A DNA stretch of 36,964 nt from Macrostomum lignano (taxonomy: Eukaryota), in contig NIVC01004008.1 in the NCBI GenBank assembly GCA_002269645.1, positions 27,913-64,876 of the forward strand, read 5' to 3'. This document shows, piece after piece, positions 21,094 to 32,585 of the stretch (position 1 is the stretch's first letter; every line of letters begins with the position of its first letter). Position numbers and translations under genes: made by a program. The notes beneath the pieces are model-generated. The model had not been told where the DNA came from. It did not search any database and saw only the letters and a program-made list of their open reading frames with translations.

Positions 21094-21166
21094 AGCCTCT
21101 GGGGAGGATCGAACTCCCGACCCCTGGTTTACTAGACCAGTGCTCTAGCCACTGAGCTACAGAGGC
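21094..21166 (-). tRNA. tRNA-Thr(AGT)
   Basis: Full 73-nt cloverleaf GCCTCTG...CAGAGGC-T with anticodon arm CTGGT-CTAGTAA-ACCAG; a T5 terminator follows immediately. Confidence 0.97.
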
Positions 21167-21479
21167 GGCCGCCGACAGGCCTGCGATTGGCTAGTAATGT
21201 TCCTTGTGCAGATTACGGGGTTTGAAATACGCAACGGCTTGTTCTTTCACTGTTGCATTCTTTGTGTGCAAAATAGTCGAAAAGTGCACATTCGTTTCGA
21301 CTTTTCAGTCTTCTGACCGTCTTCTGTGCAAGCAATCTATCGAATCTTAACAGACGGGATCCTGCTTGCTATTTGCTCGCTGTGTAAGCATGGAAACCAG
21401 CTCCAGCCATGTGGCATGTCTCTTTGAATAGCTGGACACTAGTGTTAAAGAGGCGGTGCAAGACTCAATGATCAAAGCG

Positions 21480-22050
21480 AGGGGTTCTATGAGAAACGGG
21501 GTATTCCATGAGAATCGGGGGGTTCCGTGAGAAGCACGGGTTCCTTGAGAAGCGGTGGATTTTCTTGAAAAGCGGTTGGTTCCATGACAAACGGGGGTTC
21601 CATGAGAAACGGGGGGTTCCATGAGAAGCGGGGGTTCCATGAGAAGCGGAGTTTCGATGAGAAACGGGGGGTTCCATGAGAATTGAGGGTTCCATGAGAA
21701 TTGGGGGTTTCATGAGAAACAGGGGTTCCATGAGAAGCGGGGGTTCCTTGAGAAGCGGTTGGTTCCATGAGAAGCGGTTGGTTCCATGAGAAGCGGTTGG
21801 TTCCATGAGAAGGGGAGGTTCCATGAGAAGGGGAGGTTCCATGAGAAGCGGTTCCTTGATTCCTTGAGAAGCGGGTTTTCCATGTAAAACGGTGCAGGGT
21901 GGGGTTTCTTGAAAAGCGCTTGGTTCAATGAAAAGCGGGGGCTCCTTGAGAAACGAGGGTTCCATCCCATGAGAAGCCGGAGGGTTTCATGAGAAGCGGG
22001 GGGTTTCTTGAGAAACGGGGGTTCCGTGAGAAGCTGTGGGGTTCTTTGAA
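21480..22050. repeat. Degenerate ~19-bp minisatellite (GGGGTTCCATGAGAAGCGG)
   Basis: The core GGTTCCATGAGAA and its variants recur about every 19 bp. Confidence 0.9.
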
Positions 22051-22860
22051 AAGCGATGGGGCCTTTGAAGCGTTGGTTGGGTCTTAATATTGTAATGTAT
22101 AAGAAATAATTGTATTCGAACTATTTAACTGATTTTAACTCATTTATTTTGCTGAGGTCTGCTAATTCAATGGTCAATATTTTCACAACAGGCCCCTGCA
22201 ATGCCTGCCTAAACATTAACCCTACTACCTAGCCAAACCAATATTGTAGCACCACCTGCAGCTTTGGGGTATTGCTGCAAAAATTATAGAATAGCACAGG
22301 AGTCGTGCAATTTTAGGTACAAACACATCCTCCTTTGACGCTTGACTTTCTGTTCACGCAATGTTGCTAAACGCCATTTTTATTGTCAAGTGTTTTTGTT
22401 GAAAGTTGTTCAACGCAATTACAAAGCATGCTCGAGATGACACAAGATTCTAGGCGATCATTCATCCGTAGCTAAGTTTGAGCTCTGGGGAAATTGGATT
22501 GCTCTATGCATGAGGCTTAGCAATCAAGCAAAATATTCAAAGTACAAAGTGAAAGCTGGCGTACAATATGGTTTTCATTGTTTGATAGGTCACGTTACTG
22601 GAAGCTGAGCCAATGTGTCAGACACTGCACTGAGGCGCAACTACTAAATGGCAAAAATACAAATCGAGTGTACGAGCTACCAATTAAAACCAGATAAAAA
22701 ACTGTGAAAGAAATACGAGCAGTAATAAATTTCGGTTATTCATTTTGCCTTTTGTCTGGGGTCTGGGGTTATCAGTTCTCTCGGTCGGCGGCGTGGCGTT
22801 CGTTCGCGACCTGGCCTTGAGACGCGCCCTGTGACGCTAACTGGGTATTCTGTTATTGTT

Positions 22861-23130
22861 GGGGTTCTCACCTGAGGGCTGGGGATGATGGGACTGTTGG
22901 TCTCTCACCTGAGGGCTGGGGATGATGGGACTGATGGTCTCTCACCTGAGGGCTCGGGATGATGGGACTGTTGGTCTCTCACCTGAGGGCTGGGGATGAC
23001 CTGAGGGCTGGTGATGGGACTCTCTCACCGGAGGACTGGGGAGGCTGGGACTGGTGTTCTCTCACCCGAGGACTGGGGAGGCTGGGACTGGTGTTCTCTC
23101 ACCTGAGGACTGGAGAGGATGGGACTGATG
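22861..23130. repeat. ~37-bp G-rich minisatellite (CTCTCACCTGAGGGCTGGGGATGATGGGACTGTTGGT), about 7 copies
   Basis: Directly visible; two subtypes, GGGCTGGGGATGAT and GGACTGGGGAGGCT. Confidence 0.9.
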
Positions 23131-23375
23131 GTCTATCACTTGGGCATTATGAATCAAGATCCGAATATACTCTTGACAAAAAAGTTTGAAAGGCAAGACA
23201 CACGACACCCGTGCACGCTCGTACGATACCTAAAATTGAAGCACAAGCAAGCTGAAAACAAACCCTTAGTTACTAACAAGCCCCGTGAATCGTGTACCCT
23301 TCTGATGCAAAGCCAGTTCTCAAAATGCACTCAGCGGAGGTTTGGTAGTGAAAATTGGGTCGTCAATTCACTGGA

Positions 23376-26300
23376 TTACAGCTGAGTTTCCCGGTTGTAC
23401 AGTACCGCACATGTCGGCCCACCGTCTTCGGCGACTCCGTCACCTGGGCGCTTTGCCCGACGTCGCCCTGGCGGTCGCTGTTGCATCACTTTCGAACCTG
23501 GCATCGGTACTGGCAGCAGCGGCGACGTAGGCCGCGGCGGAGGGGGCGGCGACTCTGCTGCCTGGGCGGAGATCATTCCGGCGTCACAGTTGCTGCCATC
23601 GAACCGGTTGCCGTAGGCACATCCAGTGTGGCCCAAGCTGTCTGCTGGTAGCGGCTGCGGAGGTGCTGCAGTGGGCGACATCAGCGGCATAGTTGACGCG
23701 TCGGGAAGCGGTGAGGCGGCAAGTAGCGGTGACTGAAGCTCTGTCCAGGGGTTCCCTGCTGAGCTGTTCTCAAAGTCGCGCCTCTGCCGCCGCCACTGGT
23801 GCGACTCTTGCAGCCGGGGCTGCTGATAGACATTCGGGTTGCTGCTGTGGTCAAAGTGGTTACCGAGCTTTCGGCTGCTGGCCAACAAAGGCGAGCCGAG
23901 CCGGGTCGTTGGTTGCCCGCTCGGGACTGTCGTGCGGGTCGCAGTGGTTCCCAGGAGCTGCCTCGGATCTGCCTCGGAGCTGCGACCTCTTCTGAGGCTG
24001 CTCCATTTTTAGTTCGATGGTGACGCCCCCGGCTAGGCGGCTCATCTTTTCTCAATGCCGAGCGCATGTAGTAGGAAACTACTATGAGTAATATCTCGGC
24101 GAATTCGCACAGGGTGACCATAGAAACACCGATCCATAGTCCTGTGGGTTGTGTTCAGACAGGCTATGCTAATACTCGTAGAAAATTGGCTTTCCTGCAA
24201 AGTTACACCAGACTCACCCATGATGCCACCGAGATCGGAAAACAAATTGACCAGCTCGTAGCTCCTCTCTTCAAACAGCTGTCGCACCGTGAGCGTCTTT
24301 GGATAAACCCTGAGCTGCAGGAAGCTCTGACGAACAATGTCGTGTACTCGTTTGCACAGGCTGTCATTGTGGAACACGTTCAGCTTGGGATTCAGCTCGT
24401 CCTCCAGGCACTGGTGCAGATCGACGTTGTGAAGCGCGATTGAGTGATTGAGAGCGTGGTTTTGGCCCTGTTGTGAGTAAAAAAGGATCAAACAATGGAC
24501 TGTCAAATGTATAGAAACTTTTATTTTTTCCAGAGATTTTCAAATTCAATCGCGAATACCTTAAGAAGCTTTTTTAACACGTCCAGCCTGCCCTGAATCA
24601 TCCTGGCGATGCGGGCCAGCCGAATCCTGGCTCCGCGAATGTCGAAGCCGAGGTCCGGCCAGCGGCTCTGGAACACTGAGAAGTCGTACGTAGTGTAGTT
24701 GCAGATGTTCAGGCACACCGACTGCTGCCGGCCGGACTTCAGCTTGGGTAGGGCGCATTTCATCCGCCCGACTCGCTGACGAATGCTTGGAAATGTGTTC
24801 AGAAGTCTATCCGAGAGTTTCCTCAGCAGATCTCTGTTCTTCTCCGAGGCATTTGTGTACCTTTCTGATCGGATCACTCCTCTCTCCACCATTGCGTAGT
24901 TGTGCTCCTGCTGATCTTTCTCGAGGAACTGCATCACCTCGTCAAGCAGTTTGAGCATCTTCTTTGGCTCCTGAGCCCCGAGGATGTCATTGCAGTAGTT
25001 TCTTTCCGGCTTGTCGCCCAGCTTGACCTTCAGCACGCCCTCTATGGTGCAGTGACAGTCGGTTCGAACACCGCTCATATGCTCGAAGGTTGTGCAGTCG
25101 GCCAGCTGATTCTCGTACGCCTGTGTCTTGCTGCAGAAGGCAAGTTGAATGGGAGGCTTTTGTGGCCTATAAAGTGCTAATTTGGGATAGCAAGCAAGTA
25201 TACAGACAGATAGAGACCATGGCAGATGGGAGTCTGTACAGACAGTGACGTGAAACAGACGGATTACATGGCTAGAGACTCTGCTCTGTATTCTTATTAA
25301 AAAGAAATCAATATCGTGCGACGAAGAGTACTTGAGCATATAAAACATTGGAGCCTGGCAGTTTGTCACACGTGAGTCATTTATACGTAACACGGAACTC
25401 CAAATCACCTGTCACCAAAGCGTCTGTACCTGCATTGCAATCCAATAGGCAAATTTCATCTCACGAGCCTGGGGGAGGGCAAGATGGCGAAACGAAAAGC
25501 AAAAAGTTGGCAAAGCACTCCTCGCCGGTCCTCCCAGTCCCCATGAATAAGAAATGCCACCCTGAGACCGAAAACCAGGGAATAAGGACGGAAGAAACAG
25601 GGACGACTCTGCAAAGTTCTCCCAGTCGATTTCTCCTGCTTTGATACGCGATTTTTACTAACACTGCAGAAGAAGAAAAGATGCAGACTTGAGTCTAAAG
25701 GCGGTCCCTCGGGACGGACTTGGCGAGTCAATTTGGCGCAAACAAGCTTAACCATGACGAACCCGATGCAGCGGCCTGGTGAGCTGCACCTTCTTCTTTA
25801 TGCCCAAAGCAAAAAACTACATGAGCACCCAATCTGGGCAGGGAAGAGCGATGAATTCAGGGCAGGGAAGGTGAGAAAATTGATTGAAATTTGCTGCGAT
25901 GCCGCTGCAGTTGAAAGAGGATCGAGTAGGACTGGTTGTCCCACCGCCTGGGGTTAGTTCTTGTGATACAATCAGAATCGGGGCAAAGAAACTCGAAGAT
26001 GATTACGTTTGCCTGGCGGTTGTCGCAGCTGTCTCAGCTGTTTTTCAGCTCCTCACCCCTTCTCTACTCTTCTGCGTATTTTTTGAGTTGTTTTCTTAAC
26101 ATCCGTTGCTCCTCTTTCGCCTCTCAAATACTTTAGCCCAAGAGGCGGGTTTTGCTTGATCAGCCGCTCCTACGACGTAATTAACTGAGATTGGACCCAG
26201 TGCCTGAATAGGAGGATCGATGTGGCGTTTCAGATGCAGAGAGACGACCGTTTAAATGTGTGGGAAGCCAATGCCTGTTGAAGTTCGGCCTGTAAAAATG

Positions 26301-29300
26301 CGACGGCTCCACATTGCTTTAAGGAGCCGTAAAGGGTGAGCTTTGGAGCCAGTAGTGACTATCCAGCCATACGCTCGTATTGATTTAAACTTTGATTGGG
26401 TTTTTGTTCTCGGTAATTTTGTCTAAAACAAAAAAAACACTACAAGGTTACGGAAAAATGTTGGAAATGTTTCATTAACATGAATTTTTATCATCGGATT
26501 ACATCGCATGATATCTCAGCTGTTTCACTCACTTGAGCACGTGATCAAAGGCGTTGAACTTGTCTCGCGGTTCGCATCGCTTTGTCGGAGTGTTTGCCAG
26601 ACTGGTCTGCACCTGGTTCAGCGCCAGAACGGTCTGCATCCCGCTGGGAGAATTGATGCCGTACTCGCTCGGGTAGGGTATCGTGTCCTGAAATATGTTG
26701 AAAAGTATACCAGGTTGTGCTGAGAGTATACCAGAAGTTTCTGAGAGGCGTTGAGTCAGTCAATGTAGGAGCAAACTTTGTTGGATTGGGCGAACGTCGA
26801 TTTGTCCTGAACTGTCATAGGAACTGTCATAGGGTGTTACGGTCATTGCACCTGCAATTTATAACTGTTGAGTGACTGAAACTTTACAATGCTGGCCAAC
26901 GTAATACTTGCTCCTATGCAGCGGGATCCAAAATAGTGGACGCTGATCCCCGGACGCTGATCTCCAAAATTAAAAATCCCCCAAGTGCAACCAGCCGCAG
27001 AAAAAGAGATTACTCCCGGGAACTTAAAAGACAAAAATTCGAACTTTACAACCAGTTTATAGCCTGGAATGAAATCATCCTTGGCTCCGATTCAATTTAA
27101 AAACGGGATTGCCCCAAATCCGTAAAAATCGCCCAGGGAAATCGCGGAGAGTGATGCTTTCTCATTTTCCTGTCGAACTCCTGGCCAACGCGGCCTGCAG
27201 CTCGCTACACACGGGGAAGATAATTTCCCACCGCAGTTCGCCTCCTCTGAAATCCTCATCAACTCTCCGCACTGGCCGGTGTAATTGCGAACTGACCCCC
27301 CTCCCGCCCGATTTCGTCAGCCCCAGGGTTGCGTGAACCGCCCGCCTGCCTGCCGGGGGAACTTTCCGGCCAAGCTGCCAATTAGGATAAATTTATTAAA
27401 GCTTCCCTGCCGAAGGCAACTGCTGGCTCACAATCCATCAATTGGCGCATCTGCCTTGTGTCGGCTATTTGCTGCCAAGCCCGAGAGAGAGACAGGTGAG
27501 ACGCCAGTCCGCCATCCCGGCACGCAACGGACAGGTTTCTACTGGGTGCGTTGGAATTTCTGTTAACTAGCTGGTTAATCGTAGCTGCGGCAACCACGCC
27601 ATTAGTTTCGGCTTTCTTGCGCAATCATACCATATAAGTTTATTCAGCCAACCTGCAGCATTGCGCTGACCGTAAGCCGAGGAACAACCCTATCTGCCAA
27701 GTGACAACCCAATCTGTCGAAGGACAACTGGATCTGTCTAATGATTACCTGTGCGAGCATTAAATAGCTTTGAGCAGCTGTCAAAGAATAGAAGCAACTA
27801 CAAAAACAACAACAAGATACAACTCGCGCCAGGAACGAGTGGCCACAGAGAGGGGGAGGTGTCAGAATGCACGCCTTTGGGCCGCACTCCTAAAAAAGTC
27901 AGCTCCCCAGTCAGAGTCAGAACGGGGGCTCGCGCCTCCCTCAGAAGCAGCTCGAGGTAGCGCTTCGTTTGCCTTTGGCCTTGTCTCCGTGGGCCCTGCG
28001 CCGTCCACAACAGAAGGTCGTGTAACGGCTCGCGACAGGGACTCTCCGACCGGATGACGTGGCCAGCCAGCCTGAGTCAGAGGGCTACATTAGGCGAGCT
28101 CTACCCTAGCGTGGCCTCTAGCTGCTTCTCCAGAGCATCCGTCAGGGTCCAGGTCCCAGCATTGTAGAGCAGAACAACCTCGACGACTGCCCAAGCAGCT
28201 GAGACCTGGTTCTGTCATCCAGAGCCTCAGATCGCAGCACCGAGTGCACCTACAAGCTAGCGTAAGGCAGTCCAGGACCGAAATCGCTCAAATCGAGCAT
28301 ATTTGAATTGTTTTTCAGATTTATGAGCTAGCAAAAAGGTGCTTGATTCCCTATGCAAGTCTATGCTGTCGAGTACACAAAAAACTCAGTCTGCAGTTGC
28401 CCGCACTCCGCACTCGGTCCCCAAAGCCAAACCCTAGAAAACTCGGATTTCTCAATAATCCACCGGCTCAATAGATAAATGAAGCTATTGGCCGCTAAGT
28501 TTAAACAAATACAGTTTTTCGACATCATTTTTTAGACAAGATTTGTGTGGCCCAAGGGACCAACAGCAAGTGTCGGAGAGAAGCCACGGGCTTAACAGAT
28601 GCGGCCGTCATAAATCATTCAGGAGCCACTTCTAACAATCAATCCAGCCAAAGTGTGGAGTGCTTCACTTGATAATATCGCCCAGGAATAGCTCTATCTT
28701 CCCGCTCGTGCTAAAGCAAGTTTGGAAACAGTATAGAGCCTAGCGATTGAAAATTTATGGATCCCCATTAAAAATCAACTCGCTCCTCTGCACCCGACAG
28801 TTGCTAATCCTTGATCTGTCGGTGGACAAACCCGGTAGGGGGATTTTCCGTCTGACAGAGAAGAATTAGTGGGAGGAGCTTCGGAGAAAAATCGCTCATA
28901 AGCTGTCTGGCACGCGGGAGCTGACGGATTACACAGTTTGCTCAGCGGGCGATCAGCTCGCCCCGCCCTCCCAGGCCGAGACGGGGCGCTCAGAGGCGGA
29001 GCGGGACACCCCACTGACAGGAAGGTAAACAATGTTGAACCACTTGTCCTATTTCTCAATTTTTACTGCAAAAAGTTACCCCGAGCAAACCCAGAAGCTG
29101 AGGAACACCTGGGGAATTATAGAAGCCTGAACTAGATTTTCGCATCGTGCGATTCCAGTTGGTGCACGTTCCATCCTGATGCAAAGCTGATGGACAAACC
29201 AAGTGGCCTGTGGTGGCTACACCTCTCAGACTATGGTTTATTCTGGATTCCTTTGATTGGGATCCTCAATGCAACATGTGGACGACATCTGAATCAGACA

Positions 29301-32300
29301 GAACGTCCGGCTCTATACTTCACTGGAATAAGTCTGGGAATAATACCATTAGAGTTTTCTGATGGCATCTGGGCAGCCGTTTCTGGCGCCTGTCTATTTC
29401 GCGTACTTTTCAGCAATAATTTATGCAGAAATATGTTGAGACAGATTCGGAAGCAACAATCACGTGATGGCCTGGAAGCGTCTGGCGATTGCTGACACCC
29501 CAAGATCCCATCGGATGAACTAAATCAGATTGCAGTGACATGTTGCACCTCAGCAACACCTCAGACCTCCCTTGTGCACTTTTCAGAGCTATCTTACCCA
29601 TGGAATGATGCTCCAGTACCCACAGCCACATTATAAAGATCGAACGTATACGAGCGTACTGTCCCTAAAATTCAGCCACATAAGTTTTTCTCTGTGGTAA
29701 GTTTTTAGAAACTGTAAAGCCCTAGCATGTCACTGGTTTGTTTTTAAATTTCAACCCGGGAACTATTGGGCGTCAAGGATCTGTTCTATACACTGTTTAA
29801 TGCAGCGGGGAAGTCTTACCGAACAGAAAAGTGACTGCTCGCTGTTCCGTTGGCATCGTTTTAAGCAGGCTACTCTACAGTCGCTGAGGTGAGAGAGTCA
29901 GGTAGGCCCCTTATAGTGACCCAGTGCTCAGTCAGCTGCCATTTTACTGCATATCCCCCGCTCTCTCCGGTTAAAACTCAAGGCGCTGACAGCCCCAATT
30001 CGTGAGGAACTCTTAAGAGGTCGATAGTGGACGACTTATTTTCAAGATGCATCCCTTCCACACTGGCCAACAGCAGTGACCTCGAGATTTTTTACGATAA
30101 ATGAATTTGAACGGGGATAGCAAATCCCCTGGCCTTCTCGTAGTAATTTTCCGTAATGAGGATTTCGGAAGAAATTTCCTCCTCTTCAATATAATGATAC
30201 CGGTAAGAGCCGAATTGCCGGTCCCTCGGGGCAGCAGCCGCACCCGGCTGGTGTACTTGCTTCCTTTTTGGCTTTGCATCGTTCCGCTGCTGCAATACTG
30301 ATTCCTTCGATGCCAAATAGGCGGTGCAATATATAGGAATTGCTTCTGGGTCGGGTCTGATTTCCCGTACTTTGCAAAAGCCGCCGATGCCCTCGGCCCG
30401 CTAGGCTGCTCCTCTTGCATTCCGTGACCATTAGCTTTGGGATAATGAAAGCTAGCACTCACCCTCTCCTACACCCTGCTGCATTCCCCTCACACAACGG
30501 GAGGCAAACATGCTTAAAACCAAGAGCAACCGAGCCGCTCGGGCTTCAAAGAGGCCTCCTCCGACCGTCAGTGCAAGACAAACAGAGCAGAAGCGGAGCT
30601 GGACTTGAGGCAAAGAAGTGGCCCCCGGGAGAACTTTTGCCAAAGGCATCACTGCAAACAGACGCAGCACACTTGACTTTGAGTGTCATGCGAGGCAACT
30701 ACAGAAGACCACTGACCTGAAAATTTGCAAGGAAGTCGCACGAATACTAAGACTGCGGTGTTTGACGTCCTTTAATGAGAAAACCTGGCACAAATTCTTT
30801 CTCAAATTCAGGTATAAATACCAGTCATTCAGACACAAGTAAATCGATAGTTGAAAGCCTAAAATTTCCTAATTTCACTCAATATGTTTGATAAAACTCA
30901 AAGTAAAAAACTATACTTTGATAGAAAATTTGAGTAGCGGAAAATACGTCCTCTCCAATCCAAGCAATTTCCTGCATCTCCTAGAAATGCAGGAAGCTTC
31001 CTAATGAGTTGCCCCCTGCTATGCGATGATGTTTCCTGCCGAGCACGTACTCAGTGCCTGAAAAACTAATAGTCAAATTTTAATTTCAACTTATTCTAGT
31101 CATTAGTAAAAGCAGTTGCGGGCTTAGCTATCTCTTCTATCAGGGAGACTTCTAAGAGATAGGCGAAAAAAATAAGTGAAACAGTGCGACATCACAGTAC
31201 CGCTGTCACTAAAGCCGCACTGCCATTCAATCAATGACAGCAGCTTTAAAGTGTAAAGCGGCGGAAGCGGCAGCTGAGCCACACGAACTCTCAGCTCTGC
31301 ATAGCAGCAACCCATCAACTGCAGCTGGGCAAAGCAGTGCACTTCTCCGTCTCCACTAAGCCAAATGCGCAGAAGTGGCCCCAAAATGAGAGTTGGCCGC
31401 ATTGAGACCGCCGAGACCTGATCTCCCCTGTCAGCCTTAACAACTTCGCTCCGCCTAACTAGACGGATGGCCAGCCTGTGCTCTTGTCCGAAAATGCAAA
31501 TTGATGTTCGCGCGCCCGCTGTGAGAATTTCTGGCCGCGGGCCCGGAGATAATCGGCCGAATTGCCAATGCCAGTAATGGGTGTTTTCCTCTCCCTTGAG
31601 CTAATTGCCTCATTGACTCCAACAGATTCGCAATCAGTTCGCTCAGCAGCGGCTGATACCAGCAAAGTGTCAAGAATTCCCTCTCACAGTTGAGCAAGTG
31701 AAACACATTTTTTTAACTCACCTCCTGGTGCACAACGACTCTTAGACCGCCAGTCTCGAGGCCCGTAGTGACCGTGTCACTGTAGAAATCATTATTCTGG
31801 ATGATGTCCACACTTGGGCTGTATAGAACCAGCACTAGGCCCTTTTCCACACCGCTTGATTTCATATATCTGTTGCTGGCCTTGAAGGAGAAGCAATTGC
31901 CATAGTCTCTGTGGTAGAATACTGTGAAGTTCTCCTCGGAGCAGGGTTCCTGATTGTACTGGCAGTACACCAGCATGTCCAGGATCCGTGCGCTCACTTG
32001 GGTCATGTTAAATATCGGCCAGGTGTGCACGGCGTGCTCGAAACCTGAGTAGGCCAACTTCATCGCCCTCACGCGACTGTCCTCAGGCTTGTCTTCGTTT
32101 CTTGCAAAGCTGTAGCCGAGAATGAAGTTCAAAGCGAAATAGTTTTTTATCATTTTGTTTCCGCTGTAAAGCTGCTGGGACGACATTGTGAAGAACTTCT
32201 TCATGAGAGGATCGCAGAATGTCACATCTGGGAATGAAAATCGATTAGTGAGCAAGCGTGTTGTGCTGGACACGGGGTAGTCACGGAACAGGCTGATCTG

Positions 32301-32585
32301 CTTGTACGTGTGCATGGTGAGGCCGGTCAATGCGCCGAGCACCACCAGGCACCACAGCATCCGTAACCATGGTATTTGCTGAGAAAAGAAGCGACCGAGT
32401 CCGTGAGCCGAAGTCTTGTGCGCGAATGTGTGCACATTGGCGTAGAGCAGCCGCCGGCGGTACCGGCTTTGGTAGGCGGCCTGCTGTTTCTCGTTCACGT
32501 CCACAGACTCTTGGGCTAACGCAGCCTCCAGACTCGAGTGGCCTGTCGAAGAACCAATGCCTTTCTTGAACTGGCCGTCCTCCAT
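23376..32585 (-). CDS. DEG/ENaC (amiloride-sensitive/ASIC superfamily) channel subunit; exons 32585..31722, 26687..26533, 25130..24560, 24467..24218, 24141..23681 (or ..23376 if the frame break near 24006-24010 is corrected)
   Basis: Pre-TM1 TSAHG, TM1, FPDVTFC, YCQYNQEPC, YGNCFSF, HQE|DTIPYPSEYG, thumb CHC, CLNIC...SRWP, LFSDLGGIMG|LWIGVSMVTLCEFAE (TM2 with GxS filter). All introns are GT-AG with matching phases. Confidence 0.92.
27800..28220 (-). mobile_element. Decayed 3' fragment of an RTE-clade non-LTR retrotransposon in DEG/ENaC intron 1
   Basis: Minus-strand translation AVVEVVLLYNAGTWTLTDALEKQLE* and LRLAGHVIRSESPCREPLHDLLLWTAQGPRRQGQ matches the typical RTE post-RT LLYxxETWTL and LAGH..R motifs. 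It has a stop, an internal deletion and a (GTT)n-like tail near 27803-27818. Confidence 0.8.

Noticed and set aside
30013-30462. Overlapping 70-150-aa ORFs in DEG/ENaC intron 1
   Set aside because: No recognisable motifs and no clear splice-site framing; consistent with chance ORFs.
30969-30995. 9-bp inverted repeat TTCCTGCAT/ATGCAGGAA, and a similar one near 31130
   Set aside because: Stems this short are expected by chance in 37 kb; there is no TSD or other support.
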